64,000 bases of DNA from Octopus sinensis (Eukaryota): NCBI RefSeq assembly GCF_006345805.1, contig NC_043011.1:59222464-59286463 (forward strand). The letters are read 5' to 3'. Positions 42,619 to 55,717 of the stretch are shown in pieces (positions within the stretch are counted from its first letter, which is position 1; the number at the start of each line of letters is the position of its first letter). A program made the position numbers and the translations under genes. The notes under the pieces are model-generated. The model saw nothing but the letters and a program-made list of their open reading frames with translations, ran no database searches and was not told the origin of the DNA.

Positions 42619-43330
42619 CTTCAAAATATGACATTATTATATTCTAATTCTTTCATTTAGCTTTTGCCTCTTTCTTTCTCCGATTCCAATCTTGGGAAGA
42701 ACACCACCAATAAACACGTGTAGATATATAAGTTTAAGATACAAATCTCTCGGCCGATATAGATATGCGTGTGTATGTATATTGTGGATCTTTCTTTCTA
42801 TCTCTGTTTTTCAGTCTTACGATTTACCCATTGGCTTTCCTGGTTCAGAACTAAGAAGATCTTTCTCACGAATATATGTATTCCATCTCATTAGTAGATC
42901 GAAATGCATAAATTTAAATATATGGAATTGTATCCTTTCATATGAACATATGTTAGAAAATGGGCGAGACAGAGTGTGCTTCTAATGATGTGTTTCTACT
43001 CGATGTTGCCCCATGGATGTCCGAGTAAACATTATCAATTACTCGCGGACGGCAAACGGAAGTATAAATGACAAAATGATTCAATGTACGTATATAGACT
43101 AGATTGAAACTGTGTTATGTACCAGACATATTATTTCCTTCACTCAGACATATACAAAGTGAAGCAAACAAACGATCGCAGATGTTCACTAAATTCACAT
43201 CAAATACTAAGATTTCATATGTTAAATGAATAATACACGACCAAGAGTTTAGTAGGTTTAGCAGCAATACGTTCTATTAACAATTAGATACGCTGAACAT
43301 TTGAAAAATAAAGGAAAAATACATTTTTTT

Positions 43331-43545
43331 AGAAACGTTAGCACGCCGGGCGAAATACTTAGCGGTATTTCTTCTGCCATTACGTTCAGAGTTCAAATTC
43401 CGCCGTGGTCGACTTCGCCTGTCATCCTTTCGGAGTCGATAAATTAAGTACCAGTTACACACTGAGGTCGATGTAATCGACTTAATCCGTGTGTCTGTCC
43501 TTGTTTGTGCCTTTTGTATTTAGCCCCTTGTGGATAGTAAAGAAA
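43331..43545 (+). mobile_element. SINE family A, slightly 5'-truncated
   Basis: Matches 9212..9428. Confidence 0.9.
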
Positions 43546-44699
43546 CAAATTAATCGTTGAATCTGATGGTGAGATCTTGAACAGGTTTAAGTTTAAAATA
43601 GCATTATATGTTTATATGCGTGTTTTACGATGCAGGTCGAATTTCTGATTAGATGTAAATTCAATGGCGTCAGTTATATTTTGAACACCTGTAGCCTAAT
43701 GCTTTGGTAGAATAACTGCCTGAATACGTCATGCGTTTTAGGAATGGTCTGGTCACATATTTTTGTTCGCCAGTTGTGCATGGTCCAGATTGGATGAATT
43801 CCTGATGATATTGTTTATGAAATGTTTTAATTGTTTCTTCTAATAGAAGCTCAATTCTCTGTTTGGTTAAGTTTTTTGTTTATCAGGTGGCTGGGTCGCT
43901 CATTTTTGTCTCAGAGTCATCCAACTACTCCTTAATTTCAGTTCCTTTTCTTATGCAAATAACTTTAAACTTCTCCTGTTCTTTCCTGTCACATTGCATA
44001 CTACTTACCCGTCTTGTAAGTTTTCTTAAGTGAATTTTAGAACAGAAACGACACCTAGTAGTTATTTTCTCAAGATAATTTTGTTAAACCTGTCATTAAT
44101 AAATGTATTTCACACAGTTTCCACTCTCACTCCCACGGTCTCTCTCTCCCTCCCCGTTTCTTCCTCTCTTGTTACTTCTCTCTCATCAGCTCAAATAGAG
44201 TGTCCCTTCTTGCTGGCTACAGTTTTCTAGTCTCCGTTGCAGTTGTCAACGTCATGGCTCAAATTCTTTGCAGTGTTCAGACGTCGGTTTTGAAACCCGA
44301 TATAAATAAACATTTCTAATATTCATCATTTCATCTCCATGTCAGCTAATTTCTTCAATATGGTCACCTACACCGGTAACTATTCAGGAAAAAAAGGCTG
44401 AACATTGGCCAGCACATCGTATATGTGTACATGTGTGTGAGTATGCACGGGGGCTTCCACTCAGTTTTCGTCAAAATATTCACTCTCAAGTTATTGGTTC
44501 GTTCGTAGCCATAGTAGAAGTCACTCAACCAACGATCCGGGCAGTAGGACTGAGCCTGAAAGCAGGTGATTGCAACATGAGCTTCTTGACCATACAAAGT
44601 ATATACAAATACATACACACAACACATCTTGAACTACTATTTCCTACACACACACAGACACACAGACACACGCATAGACACACACACACACACACACAC

Positions 44700-44777
<78 letters not shown>

Positions 44778-44875
44778 CATATATATGTATTGGAAATAGT
44801 GGCACAACAAGGTATCATATTTTTGCTGGAAATGGTAGTCGATAACCGTCCCACTCAATATATAAAGGAAAGGAC

Positions 44876-45058
44876 ATGTACGGGGGCGAATAGAGAAACA
44901 ATCTACATATATATACGTATATATATATATATATATATATGCATATACATATATACAAACATATGTATATATACATATATATATATACATGCATATATGT
45001 ATTTATGTATTTATATATGTATTTATATATATATATATATACATATGTATGTATTTAC

Positions 45059-45120
<62 letters not shown>

Positions 45121-45155
45121 GGGGGCGAATAGAGAAACAATCTACATATATATAC

Positions 45156-45194
<39 letters not shown>

Positions 45195-45319
45195 TATACA
45201 TATATACAAACATATGTATATATACATATATATATATACATGCATATATGTATTTATGTATTTATATATGTATTTATATATATATATATATATATACATA
45301 TGTATGTATTTACATATAA

Positions 45320-45340
<21 letters not shown>
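44876..45340. repeat. Tandem duplication of about 240 bp within (TA)n
   Basis: ATGTACGGGGGCGAATAGAGAAACAATCTAC near 44876 and 45115. Confidence 0.9.
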
Positions 45341-45393
<53 letters not shown>

Positions 45394-45688
45394 TATATAG
45401 ATATATTTACGCATATATGCAAATATATATATATATATATACAAAGACATACACACACACACATATGTTGCCTATTTATTGGTTGTATAGATTCTAAAAT
45501 ATTAAATAAAAATGTCTGAAACTAGAGACGATTTCGCGAATGAATTATTAAAGTTTGTCGTGCTGAGAGTAATTACAGTAAATGCTAGTGTTTCTATTAC
45601 TTTTTCTCTTAAACATATGTATAAGAGCAAGTGCACCAAGCCTCCTTTCTAGTCGTTATTCATACATAGTAGTATGTATATATATATA

Positions 45689-45727
<39 letters not shown>

Positions 45728-45786
45728 GGTATGTGGTATGTGTGTATATTTGTTTATGAATGCATATGTATGTATGTATATATATA

Positions 45787-45823
<37 letters not shown>

Positions 45824-45852
45824 TTAATGTATATTTGATTATACATGCTTAT

Positions 45853-45895
<43 letters not shown>

Positions 45896-46116
45896 CAATT
45901 ACATGATATCACTACGTTGTGAATAGATTACTCTAAGTTTTGCATGTTTTATCTGTATACGCTTTTGATAATTTTCTGAAAGTTGAAATGGGTGTATTGT
46001 TTCTCTAAGAATATACCATTCAGACAATTCCACAGGTGGTAGAGTTTGCGCTTCTTACAAGTCATAAATTGGTATATATACATAGATATATACCTACATA
46101 TATATATATATATATA

Positions 46117-46171
46117 TATATAAGGAATCTTGCAAACCAAATCCAAAAACAAAATATACATATACATATAC

Positions 46172-46250
<79 letters not shown>

Positions 46251-46267
46251 GTGTGTGTATGTGTGCA

Positions 46268-46306
<39 letters not shown>

Positions 46307-46354
46307 GTATATGTATATTTTGGTTTTGGATTTGGTTTGCAAGATTCCTTATAT
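46117..46354. repeat. Near-palindrome of about 240 bp with mirrored microsatellites
   Basis: TAAGGAATCTTGCAAACCAAATCCAAAA and its reverse complement enclose (CA)n-(TA)n-(TG)n. Confidence 0.9.
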
Positions 46355-48454
46355 GAGTTCGTGTGTTGGAGCATATTCTGTTGTGTCTTGCAACCTTACG
46401 AAAATTTTAAGAAAATAAAAATATGAAATAAGTGGAAATTTTACCCGTGGGTGTATTACATTATAACCCCCCCCCCAAAAAAAAATGACTCGCCGCGGAC
46501 ACAACAGTGTATGTATGTATATAATATAATATAAATCTAGAAACACACTGACACTCACACACACAAACACACGCATGTAATGCCCTTTTATTCCTTCCTC
46601 AGCAAATCATGTCTTTTAACAAAATGTGTTGCATAGATATGCCGGAGTGGATATACGAAAATAAGATTGCCTCCCAGCCACATAGTCGCAGGTTCAGTCT
46701 CACTGTGTTGGGTAAGTCTATCCTACGATATCCCCGGTCCGATCGTAATACTTGTATGTGAATTTGGACGACGGAAATTGAAAGGAGCCCGCCGTAAACA
46801 CTTATATGCGTGAAAGTGTATGTATGTATGTATGTATGCATGTGTATTTGGATCGATGGTTGTACCTATCTCTCCACTGCTTGATAACCCGTGTCGGTTT
46901 GCTTACATTCCCTAATAGTTTAGTCGAAGGAGAAAGATCAATTAATTTACAGGCTTAAAAAATATCAGAATTGCAGAAGATTTCTTCGGCAAAACCCTTC
47001 AAAGTGGTCCCCTAGTCCAATGATTGAAACAAATGAATGATAAATGATGATGTGCCCAATTACTGCAGTCTTTCTAATCAATGACTTTCTGGGGAATATT
47101 GTTATGTTTATATTATTATTATTATCATTATTATTTTTTTTTATTAAATAATATTGTATTATTCTTTTATTTCATTGGCTTTTACAATGCTAAGATGGGA
47201 GAGATCTTGGATCGTCAGTCAAACTCCTTGTCTTCTGTCTTAGTCTAAGTTCAAATGTCGACTTCGCTTTGCATCCATGTAAAATAAGCAACGGTCGAAC
47301 ACTGGAGCCAATGTCCACGAGATAATCCCGCCCTAAAAATTTCTGTGCCAAAATTTGAAAATAATATTTATTTGATTTTCTTTTGTCTAAAACTAAGACA
47401 ATAAAAATCCCTTCTCTTCGCTTTTACTCTTTCATTCATTTATTTGTTTCAGTCATTTGGCTGCGGCCATCCTGGGGCACTGTCTTAAGAAAGAACCACC
47501 GAAAAATTGCTCATCGTAAATTATTCTTAATAGAGTATAATAAAATGTAACTTCACCCGTGACCTTCGCATTCGACGACCCAACGGCACAACGCCTTGAA
47601 CATATACATGCATATAGGCTTAGATACATTTTTTGCTTGAAAACATTATGAATATATAAATAAAGCTGTTTAAAGGCCAGAAGCTCTGGTTCATCGTTTG
47701 GGGTAAATTCCTGTCATTAGTTATAGTATTATATACCACAATACACTTCAGAGTTTAGCGAAATCAACTCAGAATTGATCACGTGAATGAGGGATACAGT
47801 ATTTCGCCGAAGTTGCGTCTCATCAATCTCTCTTACTTGTGTCACTTCCGAAACAAAATCGAACCAGCTAGTCTGAATTATATACAGTTTGTGTATAAAC
47901 TCCCTGTTGCTTTGTAATGTCGACGCATAAGGAGAATAAATATGAATTTTGCAATAGAAGTAGTTATATAATAAAAAAAAACTTTATCAATACAGCATTC
48001 TTAACACTTGTGTGTTGTCTACACGGCAGAAATCGCATTTTATCGTTCAGTGAAAATCCCTTGAAAGATGCATTTTATAGAGGTATAGTATTAAACTGCA
48101 AGATAGGTGCGGATATCTTTTGACTTGCGTGCTCCATCACATTCATGGTCTTCTTAGATGAGAAAGGGCATGACCCAAAAGGATGAACAGTGTTACCTTA
48201 TGATCCTTTAAATTGTATGTTTTATCTCATTGAATGTTGTGTTTAACTTTCGCTCATTCGACGCAACTCTTCTGTTACACTGTTCTGCCATTCTAACATC
48301 GTTGGGTTACTGTATCAGACGCTCGAATAATGCAGCAAATTGCGTTGATATTTTAACATTAAGCAACAATTCAGAATAGGAACATTGATATGCCAACAAA
48401 GAATGTGAAAGACACACAGACAGACAAAAAGATACACAAACGCGAGTGAAGACG

Positions 48455-48601
<147 letters not shown>

Positions 48602-49861
48602 CGAGACAGATAGACAAAAACATAGATCGATAGATGGATAGTTAGAGAGAGAGAGACACACACATACATAGATTGGTTACGAGGTAGGTAGACAGGTGGA
48701 CGGGTAGATAGATGGACGATAGATGGAGTGAAGGATTGATAAATGAAAGGAAAACGAGACAGATAGACACAAACGTAGATCGATAGCTTGATTGATTTGG
48801 AAAGTGAAAATCCTATTGACAGAACGATAAGTAGAAAGAAGAGCGTAAAAAATAAACGCATAATAAACACCGAGTGATAAACAGATAGATAAATAAATAG
48901 AGAGAGACAAACAGACAGACAAATAAAGTTTTACAGGTACACAGAGACTTAGATATATGAGAAAATAGACAGTTGGAGAGATACAAAGAGAAATGTTGAG
49001 GTAGTGTTAAACGGACTAAAATACATGGCTAGCCAGGTACGAAAATATATATCTTTGCAATTATCTTCATTCATATAAGCTGTCACATTAACTAATTTTT
49101 CAGCAATTTATATTTCCAGAGAATGTTTTACGCTATGTTACCCACTCTGTACGAATTATGACGCAGACACCAAATTCTTCAAGCAGTTTCAGCCAAATTG
49201 TCTTGGAATCTTCCAAACTGCTATAGATTTCAAGCTATTACATCATTAATAAATCATTTGCAAATATCTCGAGGTTGATTTACGATAAAAGTGAAAGGAA
49301 TATAAATTCTTTTAGACTTTTATATGAGATTAAGTTTAGTTTTAAAACGTAGTATGCGCTGTACCTCGTCAGTAACAGTCTTACTAGAATATGGATGTAA
49401 AGGAATAGTGGTAAAACGCAAGTAGAAGAATGATATATTTATTGAGAGATTAAAGAACGAAGTAGTCAAACTGAATCCCATAACTAACACTTAGTTTTAC
49501 TGCCTACTTACTCTGAGTTTAGAAGTTGAATTGGTAAGTTGAGATGCTACAGAATTTACACTACTGTATTATTTTCTGCCGAATTAATCTTAAAATGGTA
49601 AATATTACGGATCGGATTATAAATATCACAGCAAGGGCAGTGGAGTGTGAGAATCGTAAAATCGTTGAGAAAACCATCTTGCAACATTCTTTCTGGTCGT
49701 TTATTTACTTGGTTCGCATCCTGCCGACGTCAGTTTCGTCTTTTATTTTCTTGGTTTCATTGAAATAAAATACCAGCGAAGTAGTATAGGGCGCGATTGG
49801 ATCGTCTGACTTCTTCCTTCACAAAAGCGCTGGTTTTCTGTCTGAATTAGAAATAAAAATA

Positions 49862-50100
49862 TTTATTGCTTTATTGCCCACAGAGGGCTAAACATTGAGG
49901 GGACAAACAAGGGCAGGCAAAAGGGGTTAAGTCGATTACATTGATCTCAGTGCGTAACTGGTTCTTAATTTATCGACTCTGAAAGAATGACAGGCAAAGT
50001 CGACGTCGGCAAAATTTGAACTCAGAACGAATTTGAACGGCAGACGAAATAATGCTGGGCATTTCGCCCAGCGTGCTAACAATTCTGCCAGCTTGCCGCT
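49862..50100 (-). mobile_element. SINE family A
   Basis: Reverse complement matches 9201..9428. Confidence 0.85.
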
Positions 50101-50448
50101 CTATTGGAAATAAATATTGAAGGCAACAGGCTGCAAGAATCGTTACAGCTTCGGACAAACTGCGTTGCGGTATTTGTTTCAGATCCTTACCTTCTGCGTT
50201 CAAACATACCGATGTCATATTTGTCTTTCAACCTTATTTTGGTGTCGAGAGTACCATCTAAACTCCTTTCAATAATGAGATGCTTCATACGTATACAAGA
50301 AGCTGTTCCGTAATATCATATCAATAGAATTGTAGACGTGTGTAAAATTAGAGCTGACATCATACATAAATTTCCACAGTGTGTATTCTAGTTGAGGATT
50401 AGTCTAAATAAAGCGCAAACAGTTTTCAATTATGTGACTAATATATAT

Positions 50449-50595
50449 ATAAGGGTATTTGAGAGACACCACCATGCCGAAATAGCAGTCAAATCCCTGA
50501 CTTTGAAAACCACCTTAAATGTTCATATCGCACCATGAACATTTCAGGGATTTGACTGCTATTTCGGCATGGTGGTGTCTCTCAAATACCCTTAT
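50449..50595. repeat. Inverted repeat with 52-bp arms and an inner 10-bp hairpin
   Basis: Arms 50449..50500 and 50544..50595; inner AAATGTTCAT / ATGAACATTT. Confidence 0.95.
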
Positions 50596-50717
50596 TTATA
50601 GTTATAAAAAAATTATTGCCTTTGTATGGTATTTATTCTCATGCTGGCCACTAGATAATGGCGATATTTAAATATCGATAATATCCTTATTGATAAATTT
50701 ATATACATATATATATA

Positions 50718-50966
50718 GAGAGAGATCAAAGAGGAACAGGATCCCATCAACTTTAAACGGAGTCTGGATAGATTCCTTCAAGGAATACCAGATAAGCCAC
50801 CCATAATTGGATACAACTCACCCAACAAAAACTCACTATTTGAATGGACCATAAGCAAAACTTGACTTAAACAGGATTCAAATAATCCTGTCAGGTGGTG
50901 CTATTAAGTTAGACATGGCCTGGATCAATCATTGGTCGAAACACATCTAAGTTTATCTAAGTTTAT
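50718..50966 (+). mobile_element. 3' end of a LINE with short tandem tail
   Basis: EIKEEQDPINFKRSLDRFLQGIPDKP...NSLFEWTISKT*, similar to the ORF at 24..272; tail (TCTAAGTTTA)x2. Confidence 0.75.
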
Positions 50967-50974
50967 ATATATAT

Positions 50975-51014
<40 letters not shown>

Positions 51015-51019
<5 letters not shown>

Positions 51020-51460
51020 TTCGAGAATACGTTAAACCTCATGAGGTAATGGTGTCATCCAAGGAAATACTGGTTCAATAGCTAGTGTTTTGGTGGAATG
51101 ACTTTCCTTCAAATAATAGGTATATTTAAAGCATCTACTTTATATCCATTAAAAGGAAGAAAATGGAGATTAAAAGGAAGAAAATGGAGATTAGGAAGTT
51201 AATAATTATTTATTATTAACAAAAAATTCTTCATATTTGCTTCTTACAGCCGTTTCAATTAATACTCAGTAATTTAATGACAAAATTGTATATTAAATTT
51301 ACAGTTATGTGACATGAGTATAATTTCATCAGGGGAAAAAATGTACCTTTGGATGTTATATGTTGGTCCATTTCATTGAAACGGTTATAAGAAACGGAAG
51401 TAACCAATGTGTTGTTGATAATAAACAATTCTATTTTCTTCTCCTCTTTTAAATGGATAT
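51015..51460 (-). mobile_element. (TA)n-embedded Penelope pseudo-LTR-like repeat
   Basis: Flanked by (TA)n on both sides; contains a hammerhead motif. Confidence 0.55.
51238..51340 (-). ncRNA. Type I hammerhead ribozyme motif with canonical core and long stem-loop II
   Basis: CTGATGA (51332..51326), stem II AATTATACTCA / TGAGTATTAATT, GAAA (51256..51253), ACGGCTGT stem III, GUA (51247..51245); stem I imperfect. Confidence 0.65.
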
Positions 51461-51679
51461 AATATATATATATATATGTGTGTGTGTGTGGTGTGTGTGT
51501 GTGTGTGTGTGTGTGTGTAGGGGGAGCAAGTATGGTTGTGTAGTTAAGTAACCCGCTTTTCATTAACGTAGCTTGGGGTTTAGAAGTGTCTTCTGCTATA
51601 ACTCCGAGTCGACCAATATCTCGTGACTGAATTTAGCAAAAGCAAACTATGTGGAAGCGCGTGGTGTATATATATATGT

Positions 51680-51882
51680 TGATTCGCTAGCTTCGGCACG
51701 CATTTTTTTCTCTCCTTGTTTCTCTCCATGTTTCTTTTCTGTGTATCTTTCTGTTGAAGAGCGTAGGCTCGAAACGTAAAAGAGTTGTTTTATTTATATT
51801 CCTGAAGCGCCATACTAATACAATTGTTTGTTTGTATTCCACATGCCTTCGTCTTTTGTTTATTTTCATAAAGCTTCTCGTT
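51680..51882 (+). mobile_element. Penelope pseudo-LTR-like repeat, family H1
   Basis: Homologous to 15136..15342; lies between TA tracts. Confidence 0.65.
51746..51783 (+). ncRNA. Minimal type I hammerhead ribozyme motif (A6-to-U core variant)
   Basis: TCTTT-CTGTTGA-A-GAGC-GTAG-GCTC-GAAA-CG-TA-AAAGA: 5-bp stem I, 4-bp stem II, palindromic ACGT stem III, GUA triplet. Confidence 0.65.
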
Positions 51883-52839
51883 ATATATATGTATGTATGT
51901 ATGTATATATGTATGTTAGCAAGCAAGATCTGTTGGTCTATAAGCATTCTGTGATATATATAAGCAGTGAGAATTGTTAATTGATACTAATACTCGTTTT
52001 GCTAGAAATAGTAAGCAAATCTTTTCCAAATGACACACAAACTCATTAAAAGAAATACGCGCCGGACGATGTAATCCTAGATAATTTGTGTTTGAAGAAA
52101 CATTGACAACAGTGTCACTGCTGGAATAATATTTGGTCACGTTCAGAATTGACAGCATCGATAACATTAATTTGGGAGGCCTCAATAATGATGATTTTTA
52201 ATCTAGATTTAAGCTTCATTCTGAATCATATGTGTATTAGGATATCTTGTAAGAAAATCAGTAAAATAAACCACGAAGTTAATTCCAAAATTCGGTGATT
52301 CTTCAATGATGTACAGTAAAAGAATTCTCAAGGAAACCAAGAATGTAAACAATTTACCATTTTCAGACAAGCAGCAGGCATTTCGTTTCTTTTTCTTATC
52401 TTTTATTTGCATCACTCATTAGATTGCAACCATGCTGGAGCACCGGTTTTACCAATTTTAGTCGAGGAATCAACCCAGGATTTACATATATTTTAAATCT
52501 GTTCCGTATTCTGTCGGACTCTTTTCTGCCGAAACGCTATGCTACGGGGACGCAAACCTACCGGCACCGGTGGTCAAGCGGTGGTGTGGGATAAATACGG
52601 ACACACGCACATACAAATACTATAGCCACGGCCCAACTAAATAACTATGAGTGTGTTTAGTGGACGAAAACTATAAGAAGACCATCGTGAGTATACATAC
52701 ACACCGACACACAACCACTCCCCATCCCATATATATATATAAATTTAAAAATAAGGATAAACTCTTTATAAGAAGTTATCAGTAGTTAGCGTGAAAAACC
52801 CCGTAAGAGAAAAAATCTGTAAATTTTTGCACTTTGAAA

Positions 52840-53204
52840 ATATTTATATTATATAGAGGGTACTATTATTCATAGGTACCGCACGCTAGGAGGGACTCTT
52901 GCAGTCAAAACTACTAAAATAAACAAATTGTACCGAATGCAAAACTTCAAAGCAAGTAATTTAAAAACAGAATTTAGTTACATATCACCTGTGATTTCGC
53001 AATCAATGCAGACTATGCATTCTATTCATACTCTGCATTGATTGCGAAATCACAGGTGATATGTAACTAAATTCTGTTTTTAAATTACTTGCTTTGAAGT
53101 TTTGCATTCGGTACAATTTGTTTATTTTAGTAGTTTTGACTGCAAGAGTCCCTCCTAGCGTGCGGTACCTATGAATAATAGTACCCTCTATATAATATAA
53201 ATAT
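52840..53204. repeat. 365-bp palindrome with apparently perfect 173-bp arms
   Basis: 52840..53012 versus 53032..53204, no mismatch seen by eye; the 19-nt centre is partly paired. Confidence 0.95.
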
Positions 53205-55010
53205 ATATATATATATCAGTATGTGTGTTTGTATGTAAGTCTTTGTGCCCCCACACCTCCTGACACACTGTGTGTGTGTTTACTTCCCCGAAACTTAGCG
53301 GAACACCGATAGAATAAATACCAAGCTTTAAAAAATAATGATTCCTGGAATCGATCCATTCGACCGAAAGTTCTTTAATGTGGTGCCACAGCATGACTGC
53401 AATCTATTTACTGAAACAACGAAAAGATAAATGTAACCTGGTTCTTTCAGTTTCTGTCTACCATATCCACCCGCAAGGCATTCGTCGGACTTTGACTATT
53501 ATAGAAGACATTTGCCTAACGTGCATTGCACTGGAATAGATCCCAGATCCCCTGTGGTTAGAAAGCAAACTTCTTACAACACAGCCACGCCTGTGCCTAT
53601 TTGTTGAAACATCGAAGAGTATTTCTTTACTAACACAAGATTTCCGTCACTTAATGAGGTGGTATTTAGCAGGTAACGATGCTGGCTTTTAAATCCAATT
53701 CCTTAGAAATATAAGCAATAATCAAAACATGACCTCCTGTATTTTCATATTTATTACTACACCGTACAATGTGTCTTTCTATTTGTAATTCGATAAAGTG
53801 GACTGGAAATAGATTTGGCTGCTATTACTAAAAGCATTCAGTGATGCAAAAGAGACACTCTAGTTTGTGCAAAGAATGAATTCTGTATTAATTTGTATTA
53901 ATTCATGGTATTAATTTACAGGTAATTGGACTCGGCCATCGATAGTTTAGTATTTATACAGGTATACATTGAGATTTATCGACAATGCAATAACAAAAAT
54001 AATTGTTGATTTTTTTTCTCAGACTGTGTATTGGTAACAAAACTGCATATCGACCTTATCACTTGCAATTCTATGGAGAAGTATTAACAAAAATCTGTTA
54101 TTCTGTCTGCAACCATCGTGCATAATGTTCATTTCATTAAAAAGTAATATAAAACTATTGAGAAACACTTGTGCCTCTAAAGTTCAGTTATTCAAAAACG
54201 TTTTCAATCACGTCTCAGTCATCCAACCATTACCGTTTCCAACGATATTCGTCATTGTAAGAAAGAAAAGGACTAAAAGCTCAAGCACACACACACACCC
54301 GCTTCCTCTTTCTCTGTATATTCTTTTATTCTTTTATTTGTTTCGGTTATTTCATTGCGGCCATGCTGCAGCATCGCATTTAGTCGATGAAATCGACCCC
54401 AGGACTTATACTTTGTTTTTATTCTATCGGGTTCTTTTGCGGAACTGCTTAGTTACGGGGACGTAAACACATCAGAAAGTACATCTACCCACTTCTAACT
54501 TAAATGACATCTCACAAGTTATGAAAAAGTATTTTAATCAGCAATGAGAAATAACGCTAAACTCAAGTTCTCATTGTTTGGCGAGATCCCATTCATAGAA
54601 TAAAAAAGCACCTGAACTGCTTCGATTCCTAATAAATTTTGACTTAATTTCAATAATTACACATACGTTTGGTGAGTGAAGAATTCAAAATTTGCAAAGT
54701 TATACGCAGTTTGACAAAAGCTATTTTAAATACGAACCGAAATATTACTATGCCTCCATCCGCTACACAATTATGGTTTTTCTCTACTGCCATCCTCGAT
54801 GTCGTATACAATTTGGTTTCCGTTGACTTGACGCAAGAACACAATATTATTTGGGAGTAAATGGAAAGTTGAGAAATGAAATTTCTTTCCAGTAACATGA
54901 ATAATATTTTCTCCGTTGTGTGTCATGTCCATCATGCAGGACATACGCGGTCACCTCCCGCTACAATTCTTTGTTCTTTGTTTCTCTAATGGTAACTAAA
55001 TTTCCTCTAA

Positions 55011-55425
55011 GGCGGCGAGCTGGCAGAAACGTTAGCACGCCGGGCAAAATGGTTAGCCGTATTTCGTCTGCCATTACGTTCTGGGTTCAAATTCCGCCGA
55101 GGTCGACTTTGCCTTTCATCCTTTCGGGGTCGATAAATTAAATACCAGTTACGCACTGGGGCGATGTAATTGACTTAATACGTATGCCTGTCCTTGTTTG
55201 TCCCCTCTATGTTTAGCCCCTTGTGGGTAATATAGAAATAGGTATTTCGTCTGCCGCTACCTCCTGAGTTCAAATTCCGCCGAGGTCGACTTTACTTTTC
55301 ATCCTTTCGGGGGCGATTAAATAAGTACCAGTTACGCACCGGGGTCGATATAATTTACTTAATCCGTTTGTCTGTCCTTGTTTTTCCCTTCTGTGTTTAG
55401 CCCTTTGTGGGTAGTAAAGAAATAA
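55011..55425 (+). mobile_element. Head-to-tail dimeric SINE family A within one target-site duplication
   Basis: Full unit 55011..55240 plus a second unit starting at GGTATTTCGTC; GTAACTAAATTTC(C/A)TC(T/C)AA at 54992..55010 and 55426..55444. Confidence 0.9.
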
Positions 55426-55574
55426 GTAACTAAATTTCATCCAACACTTCAGCGATTCTTTCATTCCATTACTTATGTCAACTGAAAATCGAAGGCGAAT
55501 ATACAATCTTGAATTTGCCGGGGGATTACATGTTGTCGCTCAACTTTCAATGATTTTCCATGTTGCTATCTTAC

Positions 55575-55717
55575 GTAACTGCTTTCCGTTTGTGGTCAAG
55601 CTTTTCTCTAGCTGCAGGATTAATTTTTCTCCACAAGCTTCTTGACAGTTGTGTTCGGTGTCGATTAACGGGGATTCATTGTCAGATGGATATCTCTTAT
55701 AGAGAAGGCTTTCGTAT
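55575..55717 (-). CDS. Candidate 143-nt internal exon, unknown protein
   Basis: Consensus branch point TACTAAC, TAACAG| acceptor, |GTAAGA donor; only one frame is open: YESLLYKRYPSDNESPLIDTEHNCQEACGEKLILQLEKSLTTNGKQL. Confidence 0.4.

Noticed and set aside
43800-43830. CTGATGA...GAAA hammerhead-like spacing
   Set aside because: Stem II and stem I do not pair convincingly.
44433-45519. 354-aa and overlapping YI-rich ORFs; also those at 6.2, 16.3, 26.8-28.3 and 46 kb
   Set aside because: Dinucleotide and tetranucleotide repeats lack stop codons in most frames.
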